Source: an uncultured Bifidobacteriaceae bacterium (GTDB taxonomy: Bacteria > Actinomycetota > Acidimicrobiia > IMCC26256 > DASPTH01). From it: a DNA stretch of 64,000 nt. The notes under the pieces were generated by a model. The model saw only the letters and a program-made list of their open reading frames with translations, was not told the DNA's origin and made no database searches. The position numbers and the translations under genes are program-made. Location of the stretch: assembly GCA_964505725.1 (NCBI GenBank), contig CAZDJK010000010.1:49158-113157 (forward strand), read 5' to 3'. Of the stretch, positions 54,764-62,830 are shown one piece after another (the stretch's first letter is position 1; every line of letters starts with the position of its first letter).

Positions 54764-55312
54764 TCAGCCTCCCGATGCCGCGCGCGTGCCGCGATCGTCG
54801 CCCGCGGCGGGAGCCGACTCGGTGGGCGCACCCAGCTCGTGGATGCGCGCGTCGAGCTCCTCGACGACGCTGCCGAGCGGAACGATGTTGAGCACGCCCT
54901 GGCCGTGCCGCACGATGTCGACGAGGTCGTCACCGGTACGCGCGAGCACCGAGTGCGGGCCGTTGAGCACGAGACTCGCGGTCGCCCAGTCGTCGCCGAG
55001 ATCCTCACGCAGGTACGCGATCGCGGTGCGCGCGGTCTGGAGCTTCACGCCCGCGTCGAGCAGGTTCTTGATCACCTTCAGTCGCACGAGGTCGCGCCAG
55101 GAGTAGCTCCGCTGGGTGCCGCTGCCGTGCGCGTCGGCGAGCGACGGCCGCACGAGATCCGTGCGCGCCCAGTAGTCGAGCTGGCGGTACGTGATGCCGA
55201 CGATCGCGCACACCTGCGGTCCGCGATAGCCCTGCTCCGGCAGGGTGGGCTCCATGCCCGCCAGGCTCGGTTGCGTGGCGTGCGACGACGGGCGCTTCGG
55301 TGATGCGGCCAT
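54764..55312 (-). CDS. MerR family transcriptional regulator (Rv1830-like)
   Basis: Track ORF 54764..55312 (182 aa). It has the HTH VCAIVGITYRQLDYWARTDLV. Confidence 0.8.
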   Translation of the reverse strand: MAASPKRPSSHATQPSLAGMEPTLPEQGYRGPQVCAIVGITYRQLDYWARTDLVRPSLADAHGSGTQRSYSWRDLVRLKVIKNLLDAGVKLQTARTAIAYLREDLGDDWATASLVLNGPHSVLARTGDDLVDIVRHGQGVLNIVPLGSVVEELDARIHELGAPTESAPAAGDDRGTRAASGG

Positions 55313-55390
55313 TGAGCTCCTCGGCCCCTCGCTCGACCCTCACCGTGAAGTACACGGTGGTAGTTACGGGAGGGTAAGCCTATACCACTC

Positions 55391-55415
55391 CGCGTCCCGG
55401 CGGGAGCGGGACGCG
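55391..55415 (-). terminator. GC-rich hairpin downstream of the DUF151 gene
   Basis: cgcgtcccg (55391-55399) pairs perfectly with cgggacgcg (55407-55415) around a 7-nt loop. It lies 29 nt after the 55444 stop on the minus strand. There is no U-tract. Confidence 0.35.
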
Positions 55416-55443
55416 CCGCCCGCGGAGCGTCCGGGAACGCCCG

Positions 55444-55938
55444 CTACTGCTCGGGACCGTGGGCGAAGTCCTCGGGGCGGACCTGGTCGAGGAACTCCCG
55501 GAATTCCTCGATCTGCTCCTCCTCCTCGTCCTGCTCGAAGACCACCCCGGCCTCGTCCAGCACGCCCTCGGCGGCGAAGATCGGCACCGGCTCGGGGTAC
55601 CGGACCGCGAGAGCGATGGCGTCGGAAGGCCGGGAGGACATGCGGTACGAGCCGCCGTCACGGGCGAGCTCGATCTCGGCGTAGAACGTCGCGTCGTGCA
55701 GCTCGGTGATGATCACCTGCACGATCCGGGCGCCGAGGTCGTCGAGGACCTTCTTGAACAGGTCGTGCGTCATGGGCCGGGGAGTCTCGAGGCCCTGGAG
55801 GGCGTAGACGATGGCCGTCGCCTCGGGCTGGCCGATGTAGATCGGGAGGTGGCGCTGCCCCTCGCTCTCGCGGAGGAGCACGATCGGCTGGTTCTGAGGG
55901 ACCTCGACTCGAACTCCGACCAGTGACATGGGGATCAC
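55444..55938 (-). CDS. Bifunctional nuclease family protein (DUF151, Rv1829-like)
   Basis: Track ORF 55444..55938 (164 aa). It has LVGVRVEVPQNQPIVLLRE...LPIYIG...ATAI...RPMTHDL. Confidence 0.8.
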   Translation of the reverse strand: MIPMSLVGVRVEVPQNQPIVLLRESEGQRHLPIYIGQPEATAIVYALQGLETPRPMTHDLFKKVLDDLGARIVQVIITELHDATFYAEIELARDGGSYRMSSRPSDAIALAVRYPEPVPIFAAEGVLDEAGVVFEQDEEEEQIEEFREFLDQVRPEDFAHGPEQ

Positions 55939-55986
55939 GGGCGCCTCCGTCCTCCGAAGCGCACCCTAGCACCGACCCCCGGGGCT

Positions 55987-56616
55987 TCACCCGGCGCCGT
56001 CGGCGCCCGAGGGCGGCGCGTTCCCGCTCCCGTAGAGCGCGCGCAGGTAGGCGCCGGGATCGCGCGTGAGCACCGCCCGGTCGGCGGTCACGACCATCGG
56101 CAGGTTGCGGTACAGGTCGGAGACGTGCTGCCCGTAGCCGAGCACGAACACGTCCGGTATCTCCGCGCCGACGTAGCGGACCGGCAGCGGCAGGATGCGT
56201 CGCGCGGGGCGGTCGAGCAGCGTGCACACGTCGACGCGGCGCGCGCCGCGCGCGCGGAAGTGCTCGAGCAGGTAGCCGAGCGTGAGCCCCGTGTCGACGA
56301 TGTCCTCCACCACGACCACGTCGCGGTCGGCGAGGTCGAGCACGAGATCGTGTGTGATGCGCACCCGCCCGCTGTCGGGCGCGTACCGCGAGATCGCGAT
56401 GAAGTCGACGAGCACGTCGATGCCGCGTATCTCGCGGACGAGATCGGCGACGAAGATCAGCGCGCCCTTGAGCACGCCGACGAGCAGCACCCCGTCGGGA
56501 TGGTCATCGGCGATCGCCTTCCCCAGCCGCTGGGCGCACTCGCGGAGCGCATGCTCGTCGAGCAGCGTCGCCGGCAGCGCGTCGTCCTGGGATACGACGG
56601 CGGGCGGCCCGCTCAC
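55987..56616 (-). CDS. hpt: Hypoxanthine phosphoribosyltransferase
   Basis: Track ORF 55987..56616 (209 aa). It has VLKGALIFVADL and the PRPP-binding loop VVVVEDIVDTGLTL. Its GTG start forms a GTGA overlap with the upstream MerR stop. Confidence 0.85.
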   Translation of the reverse strand: MSGPPAVVSQDDALPATLLDEHALRECAQRLGKAIADDHPDGVLLVGVLKGALIFVADLVREIRGIDVLVDFIAISRYAPDSGRVRITHDLVLDLADRDVVVVEDIVDTGLTLGYLLEHFRARGARRVDVCTLLDRPARRILPLPVRYVGAEIPDVFVLGYGQHVSDLYRNLPMVVTADRAVLTRDPGAYLRALYGSGNAPPSGADGAG

Positions 56617-57524
56617 TCCGCCAGCGTCTCGCCGATCGCGTCGCGCAGCAGGACGGTCCGCAGCCGTCGCCCCAGTGTCGCGAGCTGCGCGAGCTCGTCA
56701 TGGAGCCGGTCGCGGGCCTCGGGATTGCGCTGGCGGACGTAGGGCATCAGCACCTGGGCGAAGAGCACGGCTTCGCGCTCGGCGAAGGTGCGGTACATGC
56801 GGAGGTGACGGGCCTCCACGCCACGCCGGAAGAAGCCGGCGGCCGCGACCGCGACCTCGAGCGCGTCGTCGTCGTAGTACGGCTCGCCGTCGACCTCACG
56901 CACCGGACGGAGCAGGCCGTAGCCCTCGAGCTCGACGAGCTGACCGACCTCGAGGCCGCTCTCGGAGGCGAGCTCCGCGCGCGTGCGCGTCGCGGATTCG
57001 GAGGTGGCGGGCGCGACATCCTCGCGCGCGCCCTCGTCGGGAGGGAGCGTGGTCGCGAACGCGGGCCGACGACGCGGGCTCGGCGCTGCGGGCCGGGCCC
57101 GCGGCAGATCGGCCGACGCAGATGGGGGCTTCGCCGGCGGCGCCTTTGCCGCCAGCGGCTCCGAGGTGACGGGCTCCGCGTGCCCGGGCTCTTCCGTCTG
57201 CGGGGCTGCGCTCCCGGGCGAGACGGCCGCCGGTTCCGGCGAGGGATCGAGGAGCGACGGATCGCCTGGCGGGAGCTCGTCGAGACGCTCCTTGATTACC
57301 TTGAGCGGCAGGAAGTGCTCCTTCTGCTGGTAGAGGATCCATCGCAGGCGGGCGAGGTCGTCGTCATAGAACTTCCGGTACCCCGACGGAGTGCGTTCCG
57401 GGTCGATCAGTCCCTGGCTCTCGAGGAACCGGATCTTGGAGATGGTGATGTCGGGGAACTCGTCGCGGAGCTGCGCCAGCACCTCGCCGATCGACAGGTG
57501 CGGTCCCGCACCGCCCGCGCTCAC
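56613..57524 (-). CDS. MerR family transcriptional regulator (Rv1828/FtsR-like, two-domain)
   Basis: GTG at 57524 forms a GTGA overlap with the FHA gene stop and lies within track ORF 56613..58031. It has the HTH LSIGEVLAQLRDEFPDITISKIRFLESQGLI, a Pro/Ala-rich linker and a second MerR-like C-terminal domain. Confidence 0.8.
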   Translation of the reverse strand: MSAGGAGPHLSIGEVLAQLRDEFPDITISKIRFLESQGLIDPERTPSGYRKFYDDDLARLRWILYQQKEHFLPLKVIKERLDELPPGDPSLLDPSPEPAAVSPGSAAPQTEEPGHAEPVTSEPLAAKAPPAKPPSASADLPRARPAAPSPRRRPAFATTLPPDEGAREDVAPATSESATRTRAELASESGLEVGQLVELEGYGLLRPVREVDGEPYYDDDALEVAVAAAGFFRRGVEARHLRMYRTFAEREAVLFAQVLMPYVRQRNPEARDRLHDELAQLATLGRRLRTVLLRDAIGETLAE

Positions 57525-58003
57525 GCCGCGCTCCGGTGGTCGCCGGTGCCGAGGAGGAACACGAGCACGTAGCGACCGATCTGGAGGTCGGCGAGATGGT
57601 GCAGGGGCGCGGTGTCGACCCGCTCGTGGTCGACGTAGGTGCCGTTGAGGGAGCCCACGTCGCTCACCTCGTACCCGCTGTCGACATGGCGGACCACCGC
57701 GTGCCGCCGGGACACCGTGATGTCGTCGAGGAAGATGTCCGACTCGGGGTGGCGTCCGAGCGCGGTCGTGTCGGCGTCGAGCACGAACCGGCTGCCGGCG
57801 TTCGGGCCGCGCCGCACGACGAGCATGCCCATCCCTTCGGGGAGCTCGCCCAGGACCTCTCCCAGGTCCTCGTCGAGGTCGAGGCGCTCGGCCAGCTCGG
57901 ACAGGCTCATCGTTGTGTCGTCGTCGGGCGGGAGTGCGCTCCCGCACGACGAGCAGAAGTTGGCGCCCGTCTCGTTGTCGTGGCCGCACCGGCGGCAGCG
58001 CAT
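57521..58003 (-). CDS. FHA-domain protein with N-terminal zinc ribbon (GarA/OdhI position)
   Basis: Track ORF 57521..58003 (160 aa). It has CRRCGHDNETGANFCSSCG followed by the FHA core (LGRHPESDIFLDDITVSRRHA...SLNGTYV). Confidence 0.8.
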   Translation of the reverse strand: MRCRRCGHDNETGANFCSSCGSALPPDDDTTMSLSELAERLDLDEDLGEVLGELPEGMGMLVVRRGPNAGSRFVLDADTTALGRHPESDIFLDDITVSRRHAVVRHVDSGYEVSDVGSLNGTYVDHERVDTAPLHHLADLQIGRYVLVFLLGTGDHRSAA

Positions 58004-58059
58004 GGGGCAAGGGTATCCGAGCGATCCGCACCCCCCGAGCCTCTACGTCGACCAGAGGT

Positions 58060-58443
58060 TCAGCGCTGTTCCACGAGCTCCCGGTACGCAGCGGCGTCGA
58101 GCAGGTCGTCGAGCTCGGCCGGCTCCGCGAGCTCCACCGCGAAGATCCATCCGTCGCCGTAGGGGTCGTCGTTCACGCGCTCGGGAGTGTCGACCAGCGC
58201 GGCGTTGACCTCCACGATGGTCCCGCTCACCGGCGAGTAGATCTCCGAGACCGACTTGGTCGACTCCACCTCGGCGCACGTCGCGTGCGCGAGCACGTTG
58301 GCGCCGACATCGGGGAGCTGCACGTAGACGACGTCACCCAGCGCATCCTGCGCGAAGTCGGTGATGCCCACCCGCGCCCGGGCCCCGTCGACGGCGACCC
58401 ACTCGTGCTCGGTGCTGTAGCGCAGCTCCTCGGGAAATTGCAT
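58060..58443 (-). CDS. gcvH: Glycine cleavage system H protein
   Basis: Track ORF 58060..58443 (127 aa). It has the lipoyl-lysine motif VESTKSVSEIYSP. Confidence 0.95.
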   Translation of the reverse strand: MQFPEELRYSTEHEWVAVDGARARVGITDFAQDALGDVVYVQLPDVGANVLAHATCAEVESTKSVSEIYSPVSGTIVEVNAALVDTPERVNDDPYGDGWIFAVELAEPAELDDLLDAAAYRELVEQR

Positions 58444-58472
58444 GGGCGGAGGCTAGTGGTGCGGGGCGACTC

Positions 58473-60962
58473 TCAGCGCAGGCTGACGCGGATCCGTTGT
58501 GCCCACTCCTGGGCGAGGCGGCGGGAGTCGAGGTCGGTCGGGCCCTCCGCCCACACGTGGGTCAGCGCCTCGGCGGGATCGGGCAGCACCAGTACCCAGC
58601 GGTCGTCGAACAGGACCTTCACGCCGTCGACCAGGGCGACCTCGTGGTCGCCGGAGCGCTGCATCACCTCCCGCATCACCGTCCCCTTGCGCTCCCACGG
58701 GGTCACGACCGTCTCGTGAGCGACACGGGTGGCCGGGAGACCGGCGACCACCGACGAGAGCGGGCGCTCGGTGGCGGCCAGCAGGTCGAGGAGCTTGGCG
58801 AGGGTCGCGGCGGCGTCGAACGCGGGCAGGAAATCGGGCCAGATGCAGCCGCCGTCGGGCGTCCCGGCGAAGGTGATCGCGCCCGACGCGGCGGCCGACG
58901 TGAGGCCGTCGCCCCAGATGCGGGTCCGTACGACGCGGCCCCGGCCGGCCACGAGCTGGTCGACCGCGTCGGACACGTGGATGGGCACCGCGATGCCCGG
59001 ATCGTCGACCGCCTCGGTGACGAGCTCGACCAGCGCGAGGAGCAGCTCCTCCGGCTCGAGCACCCGCCCGGTGTCGTCGAGGACGGTGGCGAGCTCGGCG
59101 TCGGGGTCGATCACGAAGCCGAGGTCGCTCCCGGAGGCGCGCACGAGCTCCCCCACCTGCGCTACGTGCATGTCGTGCGTCTCCGCGAACTGGGTGGCCG
59201 ACGCGGTGCTCGTGTACGGGTTCACCGCGAGCACCTCGGCGCCGAAGCTGGAGAGGATGCTCGGCATCGCGATCGACACCGCACCGAACGAGTAGTCGAG
59301 CACGAGCTTGAACGATCGCTCGCGTACACGCTCGACGTCGACCGCGCGTTCCAGCGCGGCGGCGTAGAACTCGAGCGCGCGCGGCGGGAACACGATGTCG
59401 CCGATCTCACCGGCGAACGCCCGCCGATAGTCCTCGCGCGACAGGAGGCGCTCGACCTTGCGTTGGAACGACGAGTCGAGGTCGACGCCGTCGCGCCCGA
59501 AGAAGCGGATCTCGACCGTGTCGGGATCGCCCGGCGCGAGACGCACCGTGAGACCCCCCTGCGACCGGCTGTTGCGCACCTGAAAGCGCGTGAGCGGCAC
59601 GGTCGAGAGCTCGAGATCCTCCACGCTCACGCCGGCAAGGTTGAGCCCGGCGATCATGGCCCGCTTGAGTGCGCGTGCGATTCGGCTGGTGTCGCGGCTG
59701 GCGGTCACGGTGCTGCCCTTCGGCAGCGCCGTGCCGTACGCCATGGCGAGCCGCACCGCCGCCTCGGGCGTGACGTCGACGTTCGCCAGCCCCCGCACCC
59801 CACGCGACCCGAACAGGGTGCGGGCGCCGCGGCTCTCCCACACGATGGACGACGTGACGGTGGCGCCCGAGTCGACGGTCTTGAACGGGTACACCTTCAC
59901 GTTCGGGTTGATCACCGCGTCCTGGCCGATGAAGCACTCGTCTCCCACCACCGTGCCGTCCTCGACCCTCACGTGCGCACGGAGGTCGGTGTTGCGCCCG
60001 ATCACGCAGCCCCGCAGGTTGGCGCCGGGCCCCACGAACACGTGGTCGTGGCACACCGCGCGCTCGAGGAACGCGTCGGCCTTCACGATGACGTCGGTGC
60101 CGAGCACGGTGTACGGGCGCAGCACCGCGCCCGCCTCGACGCGGCAGCTCGGGCCGATCACGACCGGGCCCGTGATCTCGGCCTCGGGACTGATGACGAC
60201 TTCGCTGCCGACCCACAGGCTCTCGCCGAGCCGGAACCCGTCGATGTCGAACTTCACCTTGCCGTCGAGCACGTCGGCGTGGGCGCGGATGTAGGCCTCG
60301 AGCGTGCCGACATCCTCCCAGTAATCGTGCGCGATGTGTCCGTAGAGCACGCGGTCCTTGGCGAGCAGCGCGGGGAACACGTCGCTCGAGAAATCGACGA
60401 CCTCGCCCTCGGGGATGGAGTCGAAGACCTCGGGCTCGAGCACGTATATCCCGGTGTTGATGGTGTCGGAGAAGACCTGGCCCCACGTCGGCTTCTCCAG
60501 GAACCGCTCGATCGTGCCGTCGGGGCGCGTGATCACGATCCCGAACTCGAGTGGGTCCTCCACGTGCTTCAAGGCGATCGACGCGACCGCGCCCGCGTCG
60601 CGGTGTGCCTTCACCAGCGTCGTCAGATCGAGGTCGGTGAGGATGTCGCCCGAGATGACGAGGAACGTGTCGTCGAGCTCCGCGGACGCGTTGCGCACCG
60701 AGCCCGCGGTGCCCAGGGGAGTGTCCTCGGTCGCGTAGCGCATTCGCACGCCGAAGTCGGAGCCGTCGCCGAAGTAGTCGCGGATCTGGTTGGCGAGGAA
60801 GGCCACGGTGACGACGATGTCGTCGAACCCGTGCTGGGACAGCAGCCCGACGATGTGCTCCAGCATCGGCTTGTTCACGAGCGGAACCATCGGCTTGGGC
60901 GTGTTGCTGGTGAGCGGGCGCAGGCGGGTCCCCTCTCCCCCGGCCAGGATGACGGCCCTCAT
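58473..60962 (-). CDS. Fusion: sugar-1-phosphate nucleotidyltransferase (ManC/GlmU-like, with left-handed beta-helix) + phosphomannomutase/phosphoglucomutase-like domains
   Basis: ATG at 60962 (MRAVILAGGEGTRLRPLT) lies within track ORF 58473..61073 and gives 829 aa. A hexapeptide-repeat middle region is followed by a C-terminal alpha-D-phosphohexomutase-like four-domain region. Confidence 0.75.
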   Translation of the reverse strand: MRAVILAGGEGTRLRPLTSNTPKPMVPLVNKPMLEHIVGLLSQHGFDDIVVTVAFLANQIRDYFGDGSDFGVRMRYATEDTPLGTAGSVRNASAELDDTFLVISGDILTDLDLTTLVKAHRDAGAVASIALKHVEDPLEFGIVITRPDGTIERFLEKPTWGQVFSDTINTGIYVLEPEVFDSIPEGEVVDFSSDVFPALLAKDRVLYGHIAHDYWEDVGTLEAYIRAHADVLDGKVKFDIDGFRLGESLWVGSEVVISPEAEITGPVVIGPSCRVEAGAVLRPYTVLGTDVIVKADAFLERAVCHDHVFVGPGANLRGCVIGRNTDLRAHVRVEDGTVVGDECFIGQDAVINPNVKVYPFKTVDSGATVTSSIVWESRGARTLFGSRGVRGLANVDVTPEAAVRLAMAYGTALPKGSTVTASRDTSRIARALKRAMIAGLNLAGVSVEDLELSTVPLTRFQVRNSRSQGGLTVRLAPGDPDTVEIRFFGRDGVDLDSSFQRKVERLLSREDYRRAFAGEIGDIVFPPRALEFYAAALERAVDVERVRERSFKLVLDYSFGAVSIAMPSILSSFGAEVLAVNPYTSTASATQFAETHDMHVAQVGELVRASGSDLGFVIDPDAELATVLDDTGRVLEPEELLLALVELVTEAVDDPGIAVPIHVSDAVDQLVAGRGRVVRTRIWGDGLTSAAASGAITFAGTPDGGCIWPDFLPAFDAAATLAKLLDLLAATERPLSSVVAGLPATRVAHETVVTPWERKGTVMREVMQRSGDHEVALVDGVKVLFDDRWVLVLPDPAEALTHVWAEGPTDLDSRRLAQEWAQRIRVSLR

Positions 60963-60999
60963 CGCCTCTGCTCCCCGGCGCCGGCGGGTCCCGCGCCTC

Positions 61000-61623
61000 T
61001 CATCCGACCGCGCTCCCGACCCGGCTCGGTGGGTTGCCACCACGCGCCGCTCGTCCCTCGCGCAGCGCGGCACGGGCGAGCGGCACGTACTCGAACGCGG
61101 CGTAGTAGCTGAACGCGAGGCCGCTCACCGCGAACACCCACGCGGCCACCAGCGCGAGGTCGCGCGCGGAGCCGCCCGTGTGGTCGGCGGCGAGGAATAG
61201 CGGGAATGCGAACATCAGGGCGAGCGTGCCCGCCTTGCCCGACCATCGAACGTCGATCCGGCGGGCACCGGCGAGGGCGAGCAGCGCCACGGCGACGCAG
61301 ATCACGGCTTCGCGCGCGAGCACCAACACCCCGACCACGATCGGCACGCTCCCGTCCGCGAGCAGCGCGACTCCTGCGGTGATCAGCAGGACCCGGTCCG
61401 CGACCGGGTCGAGCACCTTCCCGAGATCGCTGCCCTGGTCGAAGTGACGCGCGATCCAGCCGTCGACCCAGTCGGAGGCGCCGAGCACCGCGAGGAGCAC
61501 GGCCGCGGCGATCGGCTCGTCGTCGACCAGCAGGACCACGAAGAGTGGCGCGCAGAGGAGTCGTACGAGCGAGATCAGGTTCGGGATCGTGGCGACCCGC
61601 GAATCCCGCGACATGGCCGTCAT
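61000..61623 (-). CDS. CDP-alcohol phosphatidyltransferase family protein (PgsA-like)
   Basis: Track ORF 61000..61623 (207 aa). It has the motif DWVDGWIAR...G...LDPVADRV (D-x2-DG-x2-AR...D-x3-D). Confidence 0.8.
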   Translation of the reverse strand: MTAMSRDSRVATIPNLISLVRLLCAPLFVVLLVDDEPIAAAVLLAVLGASDWVDGWIARHFDQGSDLGKVLDPVADRVLLITAGVALLADGSVPIVVGVLVLAREAVICVAVALLALAGARRIDVRWSGKAGTLALMFAFPLFLAADHTGGSARDLALVAAWVFAVSGLAFSYYAAFEYVPLARAALREGRAARGGNPPSRVGSAVG

Positions 61624-61677
61624 GCTACGCGGGGAGGACGCGCGCGTCTCCGGGCGCGCCCGAGCGCCGCAGTGGCC

Positions 61678-62493
61678 CTACGCGTGGATCGGCCCGCTCG
61701 CGTCGCGCAGCGAGCGGGCATCGCGTCCGGTGCGGGTCGCGATGATCTCGGCGCAGATGGAGACGGCGGTCTCCTCGGGGGTCCGGGCGCCGATGTCCAG
61801 GCCGATCGGCGCCATCAGCCGCGCGAGCTGGGCGTCGTCGACACCCGCCTCGCGCAACCGGGCGAGCCGGCGCTCGTGCGTCCGGCGCGACCCCATCGCC
61901 CCCAGGTAGCCGACCGCCGTGTCGAGCGCGCCGACGATGGCGGGGACGTCGAATTTGGCGTCGTGCGTGAGCACGCACACCGCGTCGTGGGCGCCGAGCC
62001 GATCACCGACCTTCGCCAGGTAGCGGTCGGGCCAGTCGTTCACCACCTCGTCGGCCATCGGGAAGCGCTGGACGGTGGCAAAGACCGGCCGCGCGTCGCA
62101 CACCACGACGTGGTAGCCGAGCACCTTCGCGATCCGGGCGAGGGCGGCCGTGAAGTCGACCGCACCGAAGATGATCATGCGCGGGGGCGGCGTGAACGAT
62201 TCGATGAAGACCGAGACCGTGTCCTCCCGCGCCTCGCCGTGCTCGCCGTAGTGCCGCATCGACGACAGCCCGGCGTCGAGCTCGCCCAGCGAGTCGCGCG
62301 CCACGACCCGGTCGAGGTCGGGGTCGCCGAGCGAGCCGAGGATCCTCGCCGGCTCCCCTCCGCGCGCCGGGAACGCGAGCAGCTTGGCGCCGATGTTGGT
62401 GCCCGCGGTCACCGTGGCGAGCACGACGGGGGCGTCGGCGCGCAGCGCCTCCCGGAGCGCGTCGAAGACGGGCGTGGCGCTCGGCTCGCTCAT
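61678..62493 (-). CDS. XdhC/CoxI family accessory protein, C-terminal Rossmann-like part
   Basis: Track ORF 61678..62493 (271 aa). It has RMIIFGAVDFTAALARIAKVLGYHVVVCDARP. Confidence 0.7.
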   Translation of the reverse strand: MSEPSATPVFDALREALRADAPVVLATVTAGTNIGAKLLAFPARGGEPARILGSLGDPDLDRVVARDSLGELDAGLSSMRHYGEHGEAREDTVSVFIESFTPPPRMIIFGAVDFTAALARIAKVLGYHVVVCDARPVFATVQRFPMADEVVNDWPDRYLAKVGDRLGAHDAVCVLTHDAKFDVPAIVGALDTAVGYLGAMGSRRTHERRLARLREAGVDDAQLARLMAPIGLDIGARTPEETAVSICAEIIATRTGRDARSLRDASGPIHA

Positions 62494-62502
62494 GACCGCC
62501 GG

Positions 62503-62820
62503 TTACCAGTCGAGCGGCTCGAGGTACAGGTGGATGGTCCCCCCGCACGTGAGCCCGACCGCGAACGCCTCGTCGTCGGAGTAGCCGAACGTCACGACGC
62601 CGCGTTCGCGGGTACCGGCGAGGACCTCGAGCGCGGCTTCGACGGTGGCGCCCTCCACACAACCGCCGGAGACCGAGCCGGCGACGGCGCCAACATCGTT
62701 CACCGCCATCGTGGCCCCGGGGTCGCGCGGGCCGGACCCGTCCAGCGCAACCACGCGCGCAATGGCGACGCGGTGACCTTGGGCGCGCCACCGGTCGATG
62801 TCGTCGAGAATCTCCTTCAT
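62503..62820 (-). CDS. XdhC/CoxI family accessory protein, N-terminal domain only
   Basis: ATG at 62820 within track ORF 62503..62934 gives 105 aa. It has GSGPRDPGATMAV...GSVSGGCVE. Confidence 0.65.
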   Translation of the reverse strand: MKEILDDIDRWRAQGHRVAIARVVALDGSGPRDPGATMAVNDVGAVAGSVSGGCVEGATVEAALEVLAGTRERGVVTFGYSDDEAFAVGLTCGGTIHLYLEPLDW

Positions 62821-62830
62821 ATCCCCCAGG

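Noticed and set aside
53230-55443. Glycine riboswitch upstream of gcvT/gcvP.
   Set aside because: The gcvT start is 1 nt from the preceding stop, and gcvP is 11 nt from gcvT. The only larger gap (55313-55443) lacks the conserved GGAGAG...GAAGGRGCAA elements on the minus strand.
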